The notes under the pieces were generated by a model, which had not been told where the DNA came from, did not search any database, and saw only the letters and a program-made list of their open reading frames with translations. Shown in pieces: positions 17,359 to 26,335 of a DNA stretch of 33,461 bases. The first letter of the stretch is position 1; each line of letters begins with the position of its first letter. The translations under genes were made by a program, and so were the position numbers. This DNA is from Azoarcus sp. (lineage in GTDB: Bacteria; Pseudomonadota; Gammaproteobacteria; Burkholderiales; Rhodocyclaceae). The stretch spans positions 1-33,461 of the forward strand of contig JAIRNL010000226.1 in NCBI GenBank assembly GCA_031258035.1. Reading direction: 5' to 3'.

Positions 17359-18366
17359 GTGGCGATGAAGGTTCTGGTTGTCGAAGATACCGTTACCAGC
17401 GCCACGGTGGTGTGTAGCTGGTTGACCAACATGGGACTGACCGCCTTGCACGCGGGCAGCGGGGAGGCCGGGCTGGAAATGTTCGGCCGCGAGCGCCCGG
17501 ATCTGATCCTGCTGGACATCATCATGCCGGGGATGGACGGCTTCGAGGTGGCGCGCCGGATTCGCGCCCTGGAAAAAGAAGTGTGGACGCCGATCATCTT
17601 CCTGACCGCCCGCGCCGACGAAAACGACCTGAAGCGCGCGATCGAAGTCGGCGGCGACGACTATCTCATCAAGCCGGTTTCCGAAGTCGTGCTGAAGGCC
17701 AAGATCAGTGCCATGCGCCGGATGGCGCAGATGCGCGACTCGCTGCGCCGGGTCAAGAGCAAGCTCGAAAAGGCCAATCGGGAGTTGCAGCGCCTGTCCG
17801 CGATCGACGGTCTCACCGGCATCGCCAACCGGCGTTGCTTCGACGAGACACTGCTGCGCGAATGGCGGCGCTGTTCGCGCTCGGAGTTGCCCTTGTCGCT
17901 GCTGGTGCTCGATGTCGATCTGTTCAAGCTGTTCAATGACCACTATGGGCATCAGATGGGCGACGAATGTCTCAAGATCGTGGCCCATACCCTGGAAGAA
18001 ACCACGCAGCGCCCGAACGATCTGGTGACGCGCTACGGCGGTGAGGAATTTGCCGCGATCCTGCCCGAGACCGATGCCGAGGGGGCGCTGGCGGTGGGCG
18101 AGGCGATGCGCGTCCGGATCGAGGGATTGCGGATCGACCATGCCTGGTCGTCCGTCGCGCAGGTGGTGACGATCAGCGTCGGCGTGGCCTGTGTCATCCC
18201 GCCCCGCGACAGCGAGGCGGGCATCCCCGCCCTGATCAAGGCCGCCGATGACGCCCTCTACCGCGCCAAGGAGGCCGGGCGCAACCAGGTCAAGGCATCC
18301 GAGGGCGTCATCCGGGTAGCCGGGCCTGGCTTGGCGAATATCGGCGCGTTGCAGCTCCGGCTCTGA
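17359..18366 (+). CDS. Response-regulator diguanylate cyclase (REC-GGDEF)
   Basis: VLVVED, LLDIIMP and LIKP receiver motifs; DGLTGIANRR, FK.FNDHYGH, RPND I-site, RYGGEEF. The start may be 17365. Confidence 0.92.
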   Translation: MAMKVLVVEDTVTSATVVCSWLTNMGLTALHAGSGEAGLEMFGRERPDLILLDIIMPGMDGFEVARRIRALEKEVWTPIIFLTARADENDLKRAIEVGGDDYLIKPVSEVVLKAKISAMRRMAQMRDSLRRVKSKLEKANRELQRLSAIDGLTGIANRRCFDETLLREWRRCSRSELPLSLLVLDVDLFKLFNDHYGHQMGDECLKIVAHTLEETTQRPNDLVTRYGGEEFAAILPETDAEGALAVGEAMRVRIEGLRIDHAWSSVAQVVTISVGVACVIPPRDSEAGIPALIKAADDALYRAKEAGRNQVKASEGVIRVAGPGLANIGALQLRL

Positions 18367-18377
18367 GACGGGCCTTT

Positions 18378-19151
18378 TCAGAACACGTCTTTCCACGCCC
18401 GCAGGGCGGCAAGGCATGCCCGCGCTCCGGACGGGCGGACGCCGTCGTGGGCGGCGAGGCTGGCGATGATTTCCGCCTCGCCGGTGCGCAGGAAAGGATT
18501 GATCGCCCGCTCGATGGCGATCGTGCTCGGCAGCGTTGGCTCGCCCTGGGCGCGCAGTGCCTCGCAGCGCGCGGCGTAGCGGTCACGGACGGCGTTTTCC
18601 GGTTCGACGGCGCGGGAGAAGGCGAGATTGGCGAGCGTGTATTCGTGGGCGCAATAGACTCTGGTGTCGTCGTCGAGCCGGGCGAGGCGAGCCAGCGCGC
18701 GTTCGAGATCGGCCGGGCTGCCTTCAAAAAGGCGTCCGCAGCCAGCCGAGAACAGCGCGTCGCCGCAAAACAGCATGCCATGGCCGAAATAGGCGACGTG
18801 CCCGCGCGTATGGGCGGCCACTTCCAGCACCTGCAAGTCGAGCCTGGGCGCGGCAATGGCAATGCGGTCGCCGTCTTCCACCGGGCGATTCACGCCGGCG
18901 ATGTTTTCCTTGCGCGGGCCGTAGACCAGGGCCGATGGATGGCGGGCGATGATTTCCCCGACGCCGCCGGTATGGTCGGCATGGTGATGCGTGAGGAGGA
19001 TGGCGACGGGCGTGAGCGCCGCCTTGCGCAGCGCGGCGAGCGCCGGCGCGGCTTCGCCCGGATCGACGAGCACGGCATGATGGCCGTCGTCGATCAGCCA
19101 GAGGTAATTATCGCGGGCGAAAGGGAGCGGGGTGACTGCGATCCTGGGCAT
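18378..19151 (-). CDS. gloB: Hydroxyacylglutathione hydrolase (glyoxalase II)
   Basis: DNYLW, THHHADHTGG, HTRGH, FCGDALFSAGCGRLFEG, CAHEYT, NPFLR, LRAWKD. Confidence 0.93.
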   Translation of the reverse strand: MPRIAVTPLPFARDNYLWLIDDGHHAVLVDPGEAAPALAALRKAALTPVAILLTHHHADHTGGVGEIIARHPSALVYGPRKENIAGVNRPVEDGDRIAIAAPRLDLQVLEVAAHTRGHVAYFGHGMLFCGDALFSAGCGRLFEGSPADLERALARLARLDDDTRVYCAHEYTLANLAFSRAVEPENAVRDRYAARCEALRAQGEPTLPSTIAIERAINPFLRTGEAEIIASLAAHDGVRPSGARACLAALRAWKDVF

Positions 19152-19245
19152 GGCGGGAGGAATCCGGTACGTGGATGAGGTGAAATGATGCCCTATTCCC
19201 GTTATCATGGCGGGCCGTCACTGCCGTTTTCGTCATAACATTGTC

Positions 19246-20043
19246 ATGATCGCTGAACCGAACCCGCCGCCCGGCCCGGGGGCGTGGTTGCAAACCCCGC
19301 TTGGCGATTATTTCGCCGCGTGGGAGCGGGCGCGACTCGACGCCATGCTGGCTGACATTTTCGGCTACAACGCGCTCCAACTCGGGCTTTCGGATCTGGA
19401 TTTGCTGCGGGCCAACCGCATGCCGCTGCATGTTTGCGTCACGCGCGCGCCGCTGGCTGGTTGCGACGCATCCGCCCCGCAGGGCGCCAGGACGGTCGTG
19501 CTGGCTGATGAAACCGCGCTGCCGTTCGCCAGTTCCAGTCTGGATCTGGTGGTGCTTGCCCATGTGCTCGAATTTTCCGCCTCGCCGCACCACGTCCTGC
19601 GCGAAGTGGAGCGCGTGCTGGTGGCCGAGGGCAACGTCGTGATCTGTGGTTTCAACCCGTACAGCCTGTGGGGCTGGCGTCGGCGTTTCTCGCGCGCGCG
19701 CGGACAGTGGCCGTGGTGCGGGCAATATCTTTCCGCGCCGCGCGTGCGCGACTGGTTGATCCTGCTCGGTTTCGAGGTGCAATCGAATCGGTTCGGCTGC
19801 TATGCGCCGGCAGTGGGCAGTTCCGAATGGCTGGCTCGCTGGAAATGGCTCGACCGCATCGGCCAGCGGTGGTGGCCGGTGTGCGGGGCGGCCTGGATGA
19901 TGCACGGCATCAAGCGTGTGGCGGGCGCGCGCCTGATCCAGCCGAACTGGCGGGAGAAGCGGGCCCGCGCCAAGAATTTATCCCCCGTTGCCCGCAAGTT
20001 GGGCGATCTTGGCAAGGAAGCCGAAGAAACATGGAAATCGTAG
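19246..20043 (+). CDS. Class I SAM-dependent methyltransferase (YafS-like)
   Basis: [43 protein letters not shown]; conserved position between gloB and rnhA. Confidence 0.85.
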   Translation: MIAEPNPPPGPGAWLQTPLGDYFAAWERARLDAMLADIFGYNALQLGLSDLDLLRANRMPLHVCVTRAPLAGCDASAPQGARTVVLADETALPFASSSLDLVVLAHVLEFSASPHHVLREVERVLVAEGNVVICGFNPYSLWGWRRRFSRARGQWPWCGQYLSAPRVRDWLILLGFEVQSNRFGCYAPAVGSSEWLARWKWLDRIGQRWWPVCGAAWMMHGIKRVAGARLIQPNWREKRARAKNLSPVARKLGDLGKEAEETWKS

Positions 20044-20489
20044 ATATTTATACCGATGGCGCATGCAGCGGCAACCCCGGCCCCGGCGGCTGGGGCGCGA
20101 TCCTGCGCTGCGGCGCGCACGAGAAGGAAATCTGGGGCGGCGAGCCGCAGACCACCAACAATCGCATGGAAATTCTCGCGGTGATCCGCGCCCTCGAACA
20201 ACTCAAGCGCGAGGCAGCCGTGAGGGTGCACACCGACAGCCAATATGTGCAGAAAGGCATCTCGGAGTGGATCCACGGCTGGAAAGCGCGCGGTTGGATG
20301 ACGGCGGGCAAGACGCCGGTGAAAAACGCCGATCTCTGGCGGGCGCTCGACGAAATCGCCATGCGCCACAAGGTCGAATGGCTCTGGGTCAAGGGGCATG
20401 CGGGGCATGCCGGGAACGAGAGGGCCGACGCCTTGGCTCGTCGCGGCGTCGAAGCGGCGCGCGGCAAGGGCGAAGCCCATGCCGGATGA
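20031..20489 (+). CDS. rnhA: Ribonuclease HI
   Basis: [53 protein letters not shown]. Confidence 0.97.
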   Translation: MEIVDIYTDGACSGNPGPGGWGAILRCGAHEKEIWGGEPQTTNNRMEILAVIRALEQLKREAAVRVHTDSQYVQKGISEWIHGWKARGWMTAGKTPVKNADLWRALDEIAMRHKVEWLWVKGHAGHAGNERADALARRGVEAARGKGEAHAG

Positions 20490-20507
20490 AACCTCTCGCC
20501 CCGCGTT

Positions 20508-21674
20508 TCAGTGGAGGTGGCGCGGAATCTGCCCGGCTTCGGCCTCGGGCATTTCGGCGTGCACGATTTCGCCTTCCGGCGAGGGGTAGAGCGGCGCGCC
20601 GCAATCGTCGCAGTATTCGAGCGGGAAGCGGTGTTCGAGCACCTTGACCGCGCCGACGCCGCATTCGCGCAGCACGGCCTCGATTTCGGCGGGCACATCG
20701 ACCGCCTCGTCCTCGGCGCCCAGAAGCGGCCAGACGACGCCATGGACGACGTCGTCATCGTCGGAGAGGGTGAAGCCGATCCGGTATTCCTCGATCTGAT
20801 CGTCCCAGAACGGCGCGATGATCGCGCGCAGTTTGACCACCGGCACGTCGAGCGAGGTGACGAGGAAGGCCACCGAGGCACGTACCGAATAGGAGCGGCT
20901 GGTTTTGTCCGCGGCGCGGCAAGCGGCGAAATAGGATTCGGGCAGTACGAATTCGAGCGCGCAGCCGGGCAGGAGCGGCGCAAGGCAACCGCCGCCCTGT
21001 CCGCGCCATTGCTCCAGCGCCTCGGCGCGGCTGCCGTCGGTTTCCTGCCAGCGGAAGACGGCGCCGCCGCGCGGCACCGCGACCGCAGCCAGCAGATAGC
21101 GGGTGTCGGAAAGAAACTGCGTCGTCTCCGGCATCTCGTCGGTGTCGACGTGCAGATCCTTGCTTTCGAGCGCGGCGCGTCCCAGACGCGCGGCGAAGCT
21201 GGCTGTGGCGCAATAGCCCTGGGGCAGTTGGTCGGGGCTGTAGAGAAAGTCAGCCAGCGCGACGCGGGCCTCCTGGGCGAGAACATGGGCGCACAGATGC
21301 ACGCGCAGGTTGGTGAGGGTTGCGGCGGGCAGGGCGCGGGCGGGAATGCGGAAGCGCGACCAGGCCAGCACCGGCGCGGCGAGAAATACGACGTCGTGGT
21401 CGCTGTCCCCGGCGGGCGATTCGGTGCGCGATTCGATGGCGTCAGCCAGTTCGTCGTAACCGGGACTGCCGCGGTTGAATGCCTGGTCGAGCGCGGTATC
21501 GAGGGTGTCTTCGTCGTCGTGAGCCAGTGCCGCATCGACTGCCGTGGCGAGCCGGTTTTCCCAGTAACGGTCTTCGATCCTGCAGCAGGATTCAGCCAGA
21601 CCGCCCGCCAGCCACAGGAGTTCTTCGGCATGGCGGCCAATGCCGCCGCGACGCTTGCTGCGCGGTCTTTTCAT
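20508..21674 (-). CDS. Conserved betaproteobacterial protein (DUF2863-like)
   Basis: LAES..RIEDRYWE N-terminus, EEYRIGF, HGVVWPLLG.ED and C-terminal CDDCGAPLYP...GEIVHAEMP; family assignment from memory. The start could be 21686. Confidence 0.75.
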   Translation of the reverse strand: MKRPRSKRRGGIGRHAEELLWLAGGLAESCCRIEDRYWENRLATAVDAALAHDDEDTLDTALDQAFNRGSPGYDELADAIESRTESPAGDSDHDVVFLAAPVLAWSRFRIPARALPAATLTNLRVHLCAHVLAQEARVALADFLYSPDQLPQGYCATASFAARLGRAALESKDLHVDTDEMPETTQFLSDTRYLLAAVAVPRGGAVFRWQETDGSRAEALEQWRGQGGGCLAPLLPGCALEFVLPESYFAACRAADKTSRSYSVRASVAFLVTSLDVPVVKLRAIIAPFWDDQIEEYRIGFTLSDDDDVVHGVVWPLLGAEDEAVDVPAEIEAVLRECGVGAVKVLEHRFPLEYCDDCGAPLYPSPEGEIVHAEMPEAEAGQIPRHLH

Positions 21675-21889
21675 ATTGGGTTCCATCCGGAAAAACGGCG
21701 CATTGTAGCGCAGCCTGCCGGGCCTGCCCCGACGGGGCCGAAGAAATGTGTGGGGCGCAAGCAATCTGCCCGGCGTCGTCGCGCGTGATCCGTCCTGTTC
21801 CAGCGTGTATGCCGGGGAGGCGTGGAGATGAAGCGGACAGGGCAACACGCTACATTCTGTTACGCGGAAAGAGTTGCAAAAAACCCTGG

Positions 21890-21908
21890 ATTGCTAATAA
21901 TTTGCGTT
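21890..21908. promoter_or_regulatory. Putative Fur box overlapping a promoter -10 region
   Basis: TGCTAAT-A-ATTTGCG matches 10 of 14 positions of the 7-1-7 consensus TGATAAT-N-ATTATCA. TTGCAA (-35-like) lies at 21874-21879, upstream of an iron-uptake-type operon. Confidence 0.5.
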
Positions 21909-21933
21909 AAACCTTCTTTTCGAGGAGGCGAGG

Positions 21934-21980
21934 GGGTCGGCGGCGTCGCGTACACGCGTACAACACGCCGCCGACCCTTT
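21934..21980 (+). terminator. 13-bp hairpin with short T tail in the operon leader
   Basis: GGGTCGGCGGCGT-N18-ACGCCGCCGACCC followed by TTTAT. Confidence 0.55.
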
Positions 21981-22079
21981 ATACAACCCGCGTCGGCCCG
22001 CGCTGTCATGGCGGGTGGTCTTTGCCGGGGCACTTTGAAGAGTCCCCCCCGCGCCGAAAGCGACGCCCAGGAGAACACG

Positions 22080-22382
22080 ATGAAACTACCGGACTGGCTC
22101 AGTTCCAACCCGGCAATGCGGCACCGGATCAACATTGGCCTGCGTACCGGGCTCGCCGCCTTCGGCGGTTACGGCCTGGCGCTGCTCGCCGCGGCGGCAT
22201 TTGCGGCGGGGCTGCCGTTCGAGGCCCGGCCCGACGCTGTTTCGCTGGCTATCATGCTCGCCTTCGTCTTGCACCTGATCGCCATCATCTGGGCTTTCGC
22301 CGCGGCCAGCGTGACGCGCGCCGTGGCGGGGATGGCGATTCCGGCGGCGCTTTTCGGCCTGTGGCTGTCGCTGCTTCGGTAA
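22080..22382 (+). CDS. Small iron-uptake-associated membrane protein (DUF3649-like)
   Basis: R..LAAFGGY.LA and MLAF......IWAFA motifs, 3 TM helices, AGGAG RBS; first gene of the trio with the PepSY-TM gene. Confidence 0.8.
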   Translation: MKLPDWLSSNPAMRHRINIGLRTGLAAFGGYGLALLAAAAFAAGLPFEARPDAVSLAIMLAFVLHLIAIIWAFAAASVTRAVAGMAIPAALFGLWLSLLR

Positions 22383-22393
22383 GGGGAATCGCC

Positions 22394-24409
22394 ATGACAT
22401 TCGATCAACCGCGCCCCTTGCGCCAGTCGATGAGCTGGTTGCACACCTGGTCCGGGTTGTTATTGGGCTGGTTGCTGTTTGCCATTTTCGTGACCGGCAC
22501 CCTGGCTTATTTCCGCAACGAGATCACTTTCTGGATGCAGCCGGAACTGCACCGCGCGCGGCCCGTGCCGACGGAGGAGATCGCTTTCGGTCGCGCCCTC
22601 GCCCTGCTCGCGCGCGAAGCGCCCGACGCACAACAATGGTCGATTACCCTGCCCGGTTCGCGCAATCCGACGCTCGGATTGGGCTGGCAATCCCCGACGG
22701 CGGAAAACCGCCAGTCCGCTCCCGGCGCCTCGCGCGGCGAGGGCGACGCCCGCCAGGAAAACCGTCGCCGCGAACGGGGCGCGGAGGGCGGGCGACCAAC
22801 GGAAAGCGGACGCCCGTCGCTGGATTCGTCGGCGGAAAGCCGTCCGCCCTCTGCCGGTACGGCGCGTGAGCGCCCGGACAGGGGAGAGGCGCGCGGCGAG
22901 GACGATGCTCGTCGGGAAAACCGCCGCCGCGAGCGGGGCGCGGAAGGCGCGCGGTCTCCGGACGCCGGATCGCAATCGGAAGCCGGGCCCCAACAGCAGC
23001 GACCGGAGGCACAGCGCCAGGGCGCCGGGCCGCAGCGCCAGCAAGGCGGCGGCGGTGGCGGTGGTGGCGGCGGGCGCGGCCCGCGCCTCGTGCTCGATCC
23101 GGAAAGCGGCGAGATACTCAGTGCCCGCCCCACCGCGGGTGGCAATTTTCTCTACCGCTTTCATTTCGAGCTTTACGGCATCGACCGCATCTGGGCGCGC
23201 TGGATCGTCGGCATCGCCACGATGTTCATGTTCGTGGCGCTGATAAGCGGCGTCATCGTCCATCGCCGGATTTTCAAGGACTTTTTCACTTTCCGCCCCG
23301 GCAAGGGCAAACGCTCGTGGCTGGACGCGCACAATGCCAGCAGCGTGCTTTCGCTGCCGTTTCATCTCATCATCACGTTTTCCGGGCTGGTGCTGTTCGG
23401 CAACATGCTGGTGCCCACCGCGTTCCAGAGCGCCTATCCGGGCGGCGCCGACGGATACCGGGAAGCGATGCGCGCGCGCATGGCCCCGTCGGCCATGCCG
23501 CAGCCCTCGGGCGAGCGCGCGCCGCTGACCGATCTGGCTGCGCTCGTCTCGGCGGCGCAAGAGAACTGGGGCGGCGAGCGGGTGGGGAGCATTACCATCA
23601 CCCATCCCGGCGACCGCAATGCGGTGGTCGAATTGCGCCAGATGGACTATCCCGGCCTCACGGGCGGGCGCAACATTCCGAGCCTGCGCTTCAATGGCGC
23701 GACAGGCGAGCCGCTTGCCGCGCCCGTCCCGCGCGAGACGAGCGTGGTGCAGGCGATCGGCAGCGTGCTCAACCTGTTGCACCGGGGGTTCTTCGCCACG
23801 CCGACGCCGCGCTGGTTGTTGTTTCTCTCCGGCATCGGCGGTTCGCTGATGATAGCCAGCGGGCTGGTCATGTGGTCGGTCGCGCGCGCCCGGAAATCGT
23901 CCGAGCCGGCGCGCACGCCCTGGGGGCATCGCCTGGTCGAGGTACTGAACATCGCCGCCATTGCCGGTCTCATGGTCGCCATCGCCGTCCATTTCTGGGC
24001 CAATCGCCTGATTCCCGCCGATTTGCCCGGGCGCGCCGATTGGGAGATCTACGCCTTTTTCATCGCCTGGGCCGCGATGTTCGCGCATGCCATCCTGCGC
24101 CCCCCCAAGGCGGCGTGGGTCGAGCAGCTCGCCGGCGCGGGCGTGCTGTCCGCGCTGCTGCCGCTCGTCAATGCGGCCACGGGCGGCCTCGCGCTGCCGG
24201 GCAGCATCGGCCATGGGCTGGGACTGCTCGCCGGCTTCGATCTTTGCGCGCTGGTCATGGGAGCGGGACTGCTTTTTTCCGCCTATAAAGTCGCTCGCCA
24301 CACGCCGCGCCTGCGCGTTGCCTCGCCCCGGACTGGAGAAGGAACCGACCCCGGGCCGGCGGCGCCCGATGGCTCTTTATCCGAAACCGTTGAGGAGAAA
24401 GCGGCATGA
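22394..24409 (+). CDS. PepSY-associated TM helix protein (iron-regulated membrane protein) with low-complexity insertion
   Basis: LRQSMSWLHTWSGL, EITFWMQPE, FLYRFHFEL, IFKDFFTFRP, WLDAHN, LPFHL, WANRL; AGGGG RBS. Confidence 0.9.
   Translation: MTFDQPRPLRQSMSWLHTWSGLLLGWLLFAIFVTGTLAYFRNEITFWMQPELHRARPVPTEEIAFGRALALLAREAPDAQQWSITLPGSRNPTLGLGWQSPTAENRQSAPGASRGEGDARQENRRRERGAEGGRPTESGRPSLDSSAESRPPSAGTARERPDRGEARGEDDARRENRRRERGAEGARSPDAGSQSEAGPQQQRPEAQRQGAGPQRQQGGGGGGGGGGRGPRLVLDPESGEILSARPTAGGNFLYRFHFELYGIDRIWARWIVGIATMFMFVALISGVIVHRRIFKDFFTFRPGKGKRSWLDAHNASSVLSLPFHLIITFSGLVLFGNMLVPTAFQSAYPGGADGYREAMRARMAPSAMPQPSGERAPLTDLAALVSAAQENWGGERVGSITITHPGDRNAVVELRQMDYPGLTGGRNIPSLRFNGATGEPLAAPVPRETSVVQAIGSVLNLLHRGFFATPTPRWLLFLSGIGGSLMIASGLVMWSVARARKSSEPARTPWGHRLVEVLNIAAIAGLMVAIAVHFWANRLIPADLPGRADWEIYAFFIAWAAMFAHAILRPPKAAWVEQLAGAGVLSALLPLVNAATGGLALPGSIGHGLGLLAGFDLCALVMGAGLLFSAYKVARHTPRLRVASPRTGEGTDPGPAAPDGSLSETVEEKAA
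22731..22952 (+). repeat. Two diverged ~62-bp direct repeats, 159 bp apart, inside the PepSY gene
   Basis: Encode RGEGDARQENRRRERGAEGGR and RGEDDARRENRRRERGAEGAR. Confidence 0.85.
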
Positions 24410-24693
24410 GCCTCTTGTGCCTTGTATTGAGTTTTTGGGGATTCGCGGCGATCAGCGCCAGCATGGATCGGCACGCCAAGGAGATTTTTTCCGCGCCCGG
24501 CTCGCCGCGCGCGCGCCGCCTGCGCCTGGCGGCCGGTTACGTCCTGCTGGCTCTGGCTCTGCCCCCGGCCATTGCCGCGCACGGCCTCTCCATCGGCATC
24601 GCCGTCTGGTTCGGGGTTCTCGCCCTGGCTTCCACCGCGCTCGCGCTGTTGCTGAGCTGGCGACCGCGAATCCTGCGCTGGGCCTTGCGCTGA
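24406..24693 (+). CDS. Small membrane protein (DUF3325-like)
   Basis: GFAAISASMDRH and G.SIGIAVWFG motifs; ATGA overlap with the PepSY gene. Confidence 0.82.
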   Translation: MSLLCLVLSFWGFAAISASMDRHAKEIFSAPGSPRARRLRLAAGYVLLALALPPAIAAHGLSIGIAVWFGVLALASTALALLLSWRPRILRWALR

Positions 24694-24711
24694 GACCGGC
24701 GCGGGCGGTTT

Positions 24712-25902
24712 TCAGCGCACCAGCGATACCCCGACCCGGATTTGCGGGTGGCGCGACTCGTTGTATTCGAGCAGCGTCTGCCCGTAACCGTTGAAATACT
24801 GCACGTGGAAAAAAGTGCCGACGCCCGAAAAAATGCTCGTCCGCAGCGGGTAGGAAAGGTCGAGCTGGGTGCTGCCGACGCCGGCGGTGCCGCGGCGCAG
24901 GATCGCGGTGAGCATCAGGGCGGAATCGCGCCCGATGCGCAGCCCGAGCTGACCGTAACCGCGATAGCGGGCGATGTCGCGGTTGTCGCTCTTGTCCATG
25001 TAATGCAGGACTTTTGGCTCGATGCCGATGTAGGTTTTGCCGTCGGGCAGGTGATAGCGCAGGTCGGCGCGCGCGAACCAGGTGTCGATGCTGCGCGACT
25101 CCGCCCCGTCCCGGCCGTTGGATTCATGCTCGTAGCCGGCAGCCAAAGCCAGGGAGTCGCCCAGGGGCGGGTTGATGGCTTTCCACTGGAAGAACAGCGA
25201 GGGGCGGAAACTGGTGTCGCGGAACGGCTTGGATTCGGATTCGAGATCCCACAGCGAAGTCTGGGTGAACGCGAAATAAAGCCCCTGGATCACCGGCAGG
25301 TTCCGGGAGATCACGCTGCGGGTGTCGAACAGGCGGTAGCGAAAGCTGAGTTGGTAGCGCGCCGATTTCGGGTGCTTGCCGCCGAGCACGATGTACAGGG
25401 GCTCGTGGAAGCCCAGCGGCGTCGGTTCCACCACGGTATCCGCGGCGGTGGCGGGGGCGATGATGTCGGAATCGGCGACGGCCGCCGCCATGGCGGCCTG
25501 CGCCTGCCGGCCCTCGGGCACCGGGGTCGCCGGCGCGGCTTCGAGCAACAGGCGGGCGCTGTCGGCCTCGGGCAGCGTCAGCGCGACCACGCCCTGGATT
25601 TCCAGCGGCCATTGCCCGAAATAACGTTGCCGTGACGCGGCGGGAGCGCCCATTGCCGTCAGTTCCGTCGCCACGTGCGGCCCGTCGCCGGGCAGTTCGA
25701 TCAGGGCGGGCAGGCGGTGCGGCCAGCCCTTTTCGCCCGGCTCGCCGATGACGATGACCTCGAAAGTCTGTCCGGGCATGACCTTGGGCGTGGGCGCGGC
25801 CAGCAACCAGTCCGCCGCGCGCGCGGGCGCTGTCGCGGCGACAGCCAGCAGCAGCGCCAGAAGTGCGGCGCGCGGGCCGCGATCCGGTTGGGGGTTTCGC
25901 AT
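24712..25902 (-). CDS. pldA: Outer-membrane phospholipase A with N-terminal extra domain
   Basis: YQLSFRY, YFAFTQTSLWD, PFRDTSFRP, catalytic HESNG..SRS, QYFNGYGQTLLEYN. Signal peptide after MRNPQ with an AGGA RBS. Confidence 0.85.
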   Translation of the reverse strand: MRNPQPDRGPRAALLALLLAVAATAPARAADWLLAAPTPKVMPGQTFEVIVIGEPGEKGWPHRLPALIELPGDGPHVATELTAMGAPAASRQRYFGQWPLEIQGVVALTLPEADSARLLLEAAPATPVPEGRQAQAAMAAAVADSDIIAPATAADTVVEPTPLGFHEPLYIVLGGKHPKSARYQLSFRYRLFDTRSVISRNLPVIQGLYFAFTQTSLWDLESESKPFRDTSFRPSLFFQWKAINPPLGDSLALAAGYEHESNGRDGAESRSIDTWFARADLRYHLPDGKTYIGIEPKVLHYMDKSDNRDIARYRGYGQLGLRIGRDSALMLTAILRRGTAGVGSTQLDLSYPLRTSIFSGVGTFFHVQYFNGYGQTLLEYNESRHPQIRVGVSLVR

Positions 25903-25944
25903 GGTTTTCATCCTGGAATGCTGGAAGATGCCAATCGTAAGCAT

Positions 25945-25981
25945 CCCTGGGCCGTCTTGGGAGGCCCTGGACGACCCAGGG
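25945..25981. repeat. Imperfect GC-rich inverted repeat between pldA and rpn
   Basis: CCCTGGGCCGTCTTGGG-AGG-CCCTGGACGACCCAGGG. Confidence 0.5.
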
Positions 25982-26119
25982 CGCTCTTTTCTCGTCATTG
26001 CGACCGGGATCGATTTCCAGCGTGTAAAAACAAGCTCTTCGTCACTGAGAATCGCTGGCTTGCCCGCTTGCGGAATCGGCCGTGACCGTAAGCCATGGAA
26101 TTGGCTGGGCCACGAGGGT

Positions 26120-26335
26120 TCAATGAAGCCGCAGGGAGTGGATTTCGGCTTCGGAAAGACCTGTGATGATCTGGATGGTCTTGACGGAAAGATTTTCGGC
26201 CAGCGCCTTGCGGGCCAAGGCCAGTCGCTCTTCTTCACGGCCTTCTTCCAAACCTTCTTCCCGGCCTTCTTCCCGGCCTTCTTCCCGGCCTTCTTCCCAG
26301 CCGATCCGTTTCAGTTGTTCCGCAATCGTCACCAT
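26120..26335 (-). CDS. Putative intragenic small protein RpnS (in-frame C-terminal antitoxin, about 70 aa)
   Basis: AAGGAG at 26344-26339 directly before in-frame ATG GTG (MVTIAEQL...), the position where RpnS starts in characterised Rpn genes. Confidence 0.65.
   Translation of the reverse strand: MVTIAEQLKRIGWEEGREEGREEGREEGLEEGREEERLALARKALAENLSVKTIQIITGLSEAEIHSLRLH

Noticed and set aside
25903-26238. N-terminal extension of pldA overlapping rpn
   Set aside because: The signal peptide and RBS indicate a start at 25902; the extension has no protein-like features.
26231-26302. CRISPR-like appearance of short repeats (also 100-147)
   Set aside because: Head-to-tail tandem units with no spacers and no cas genes.
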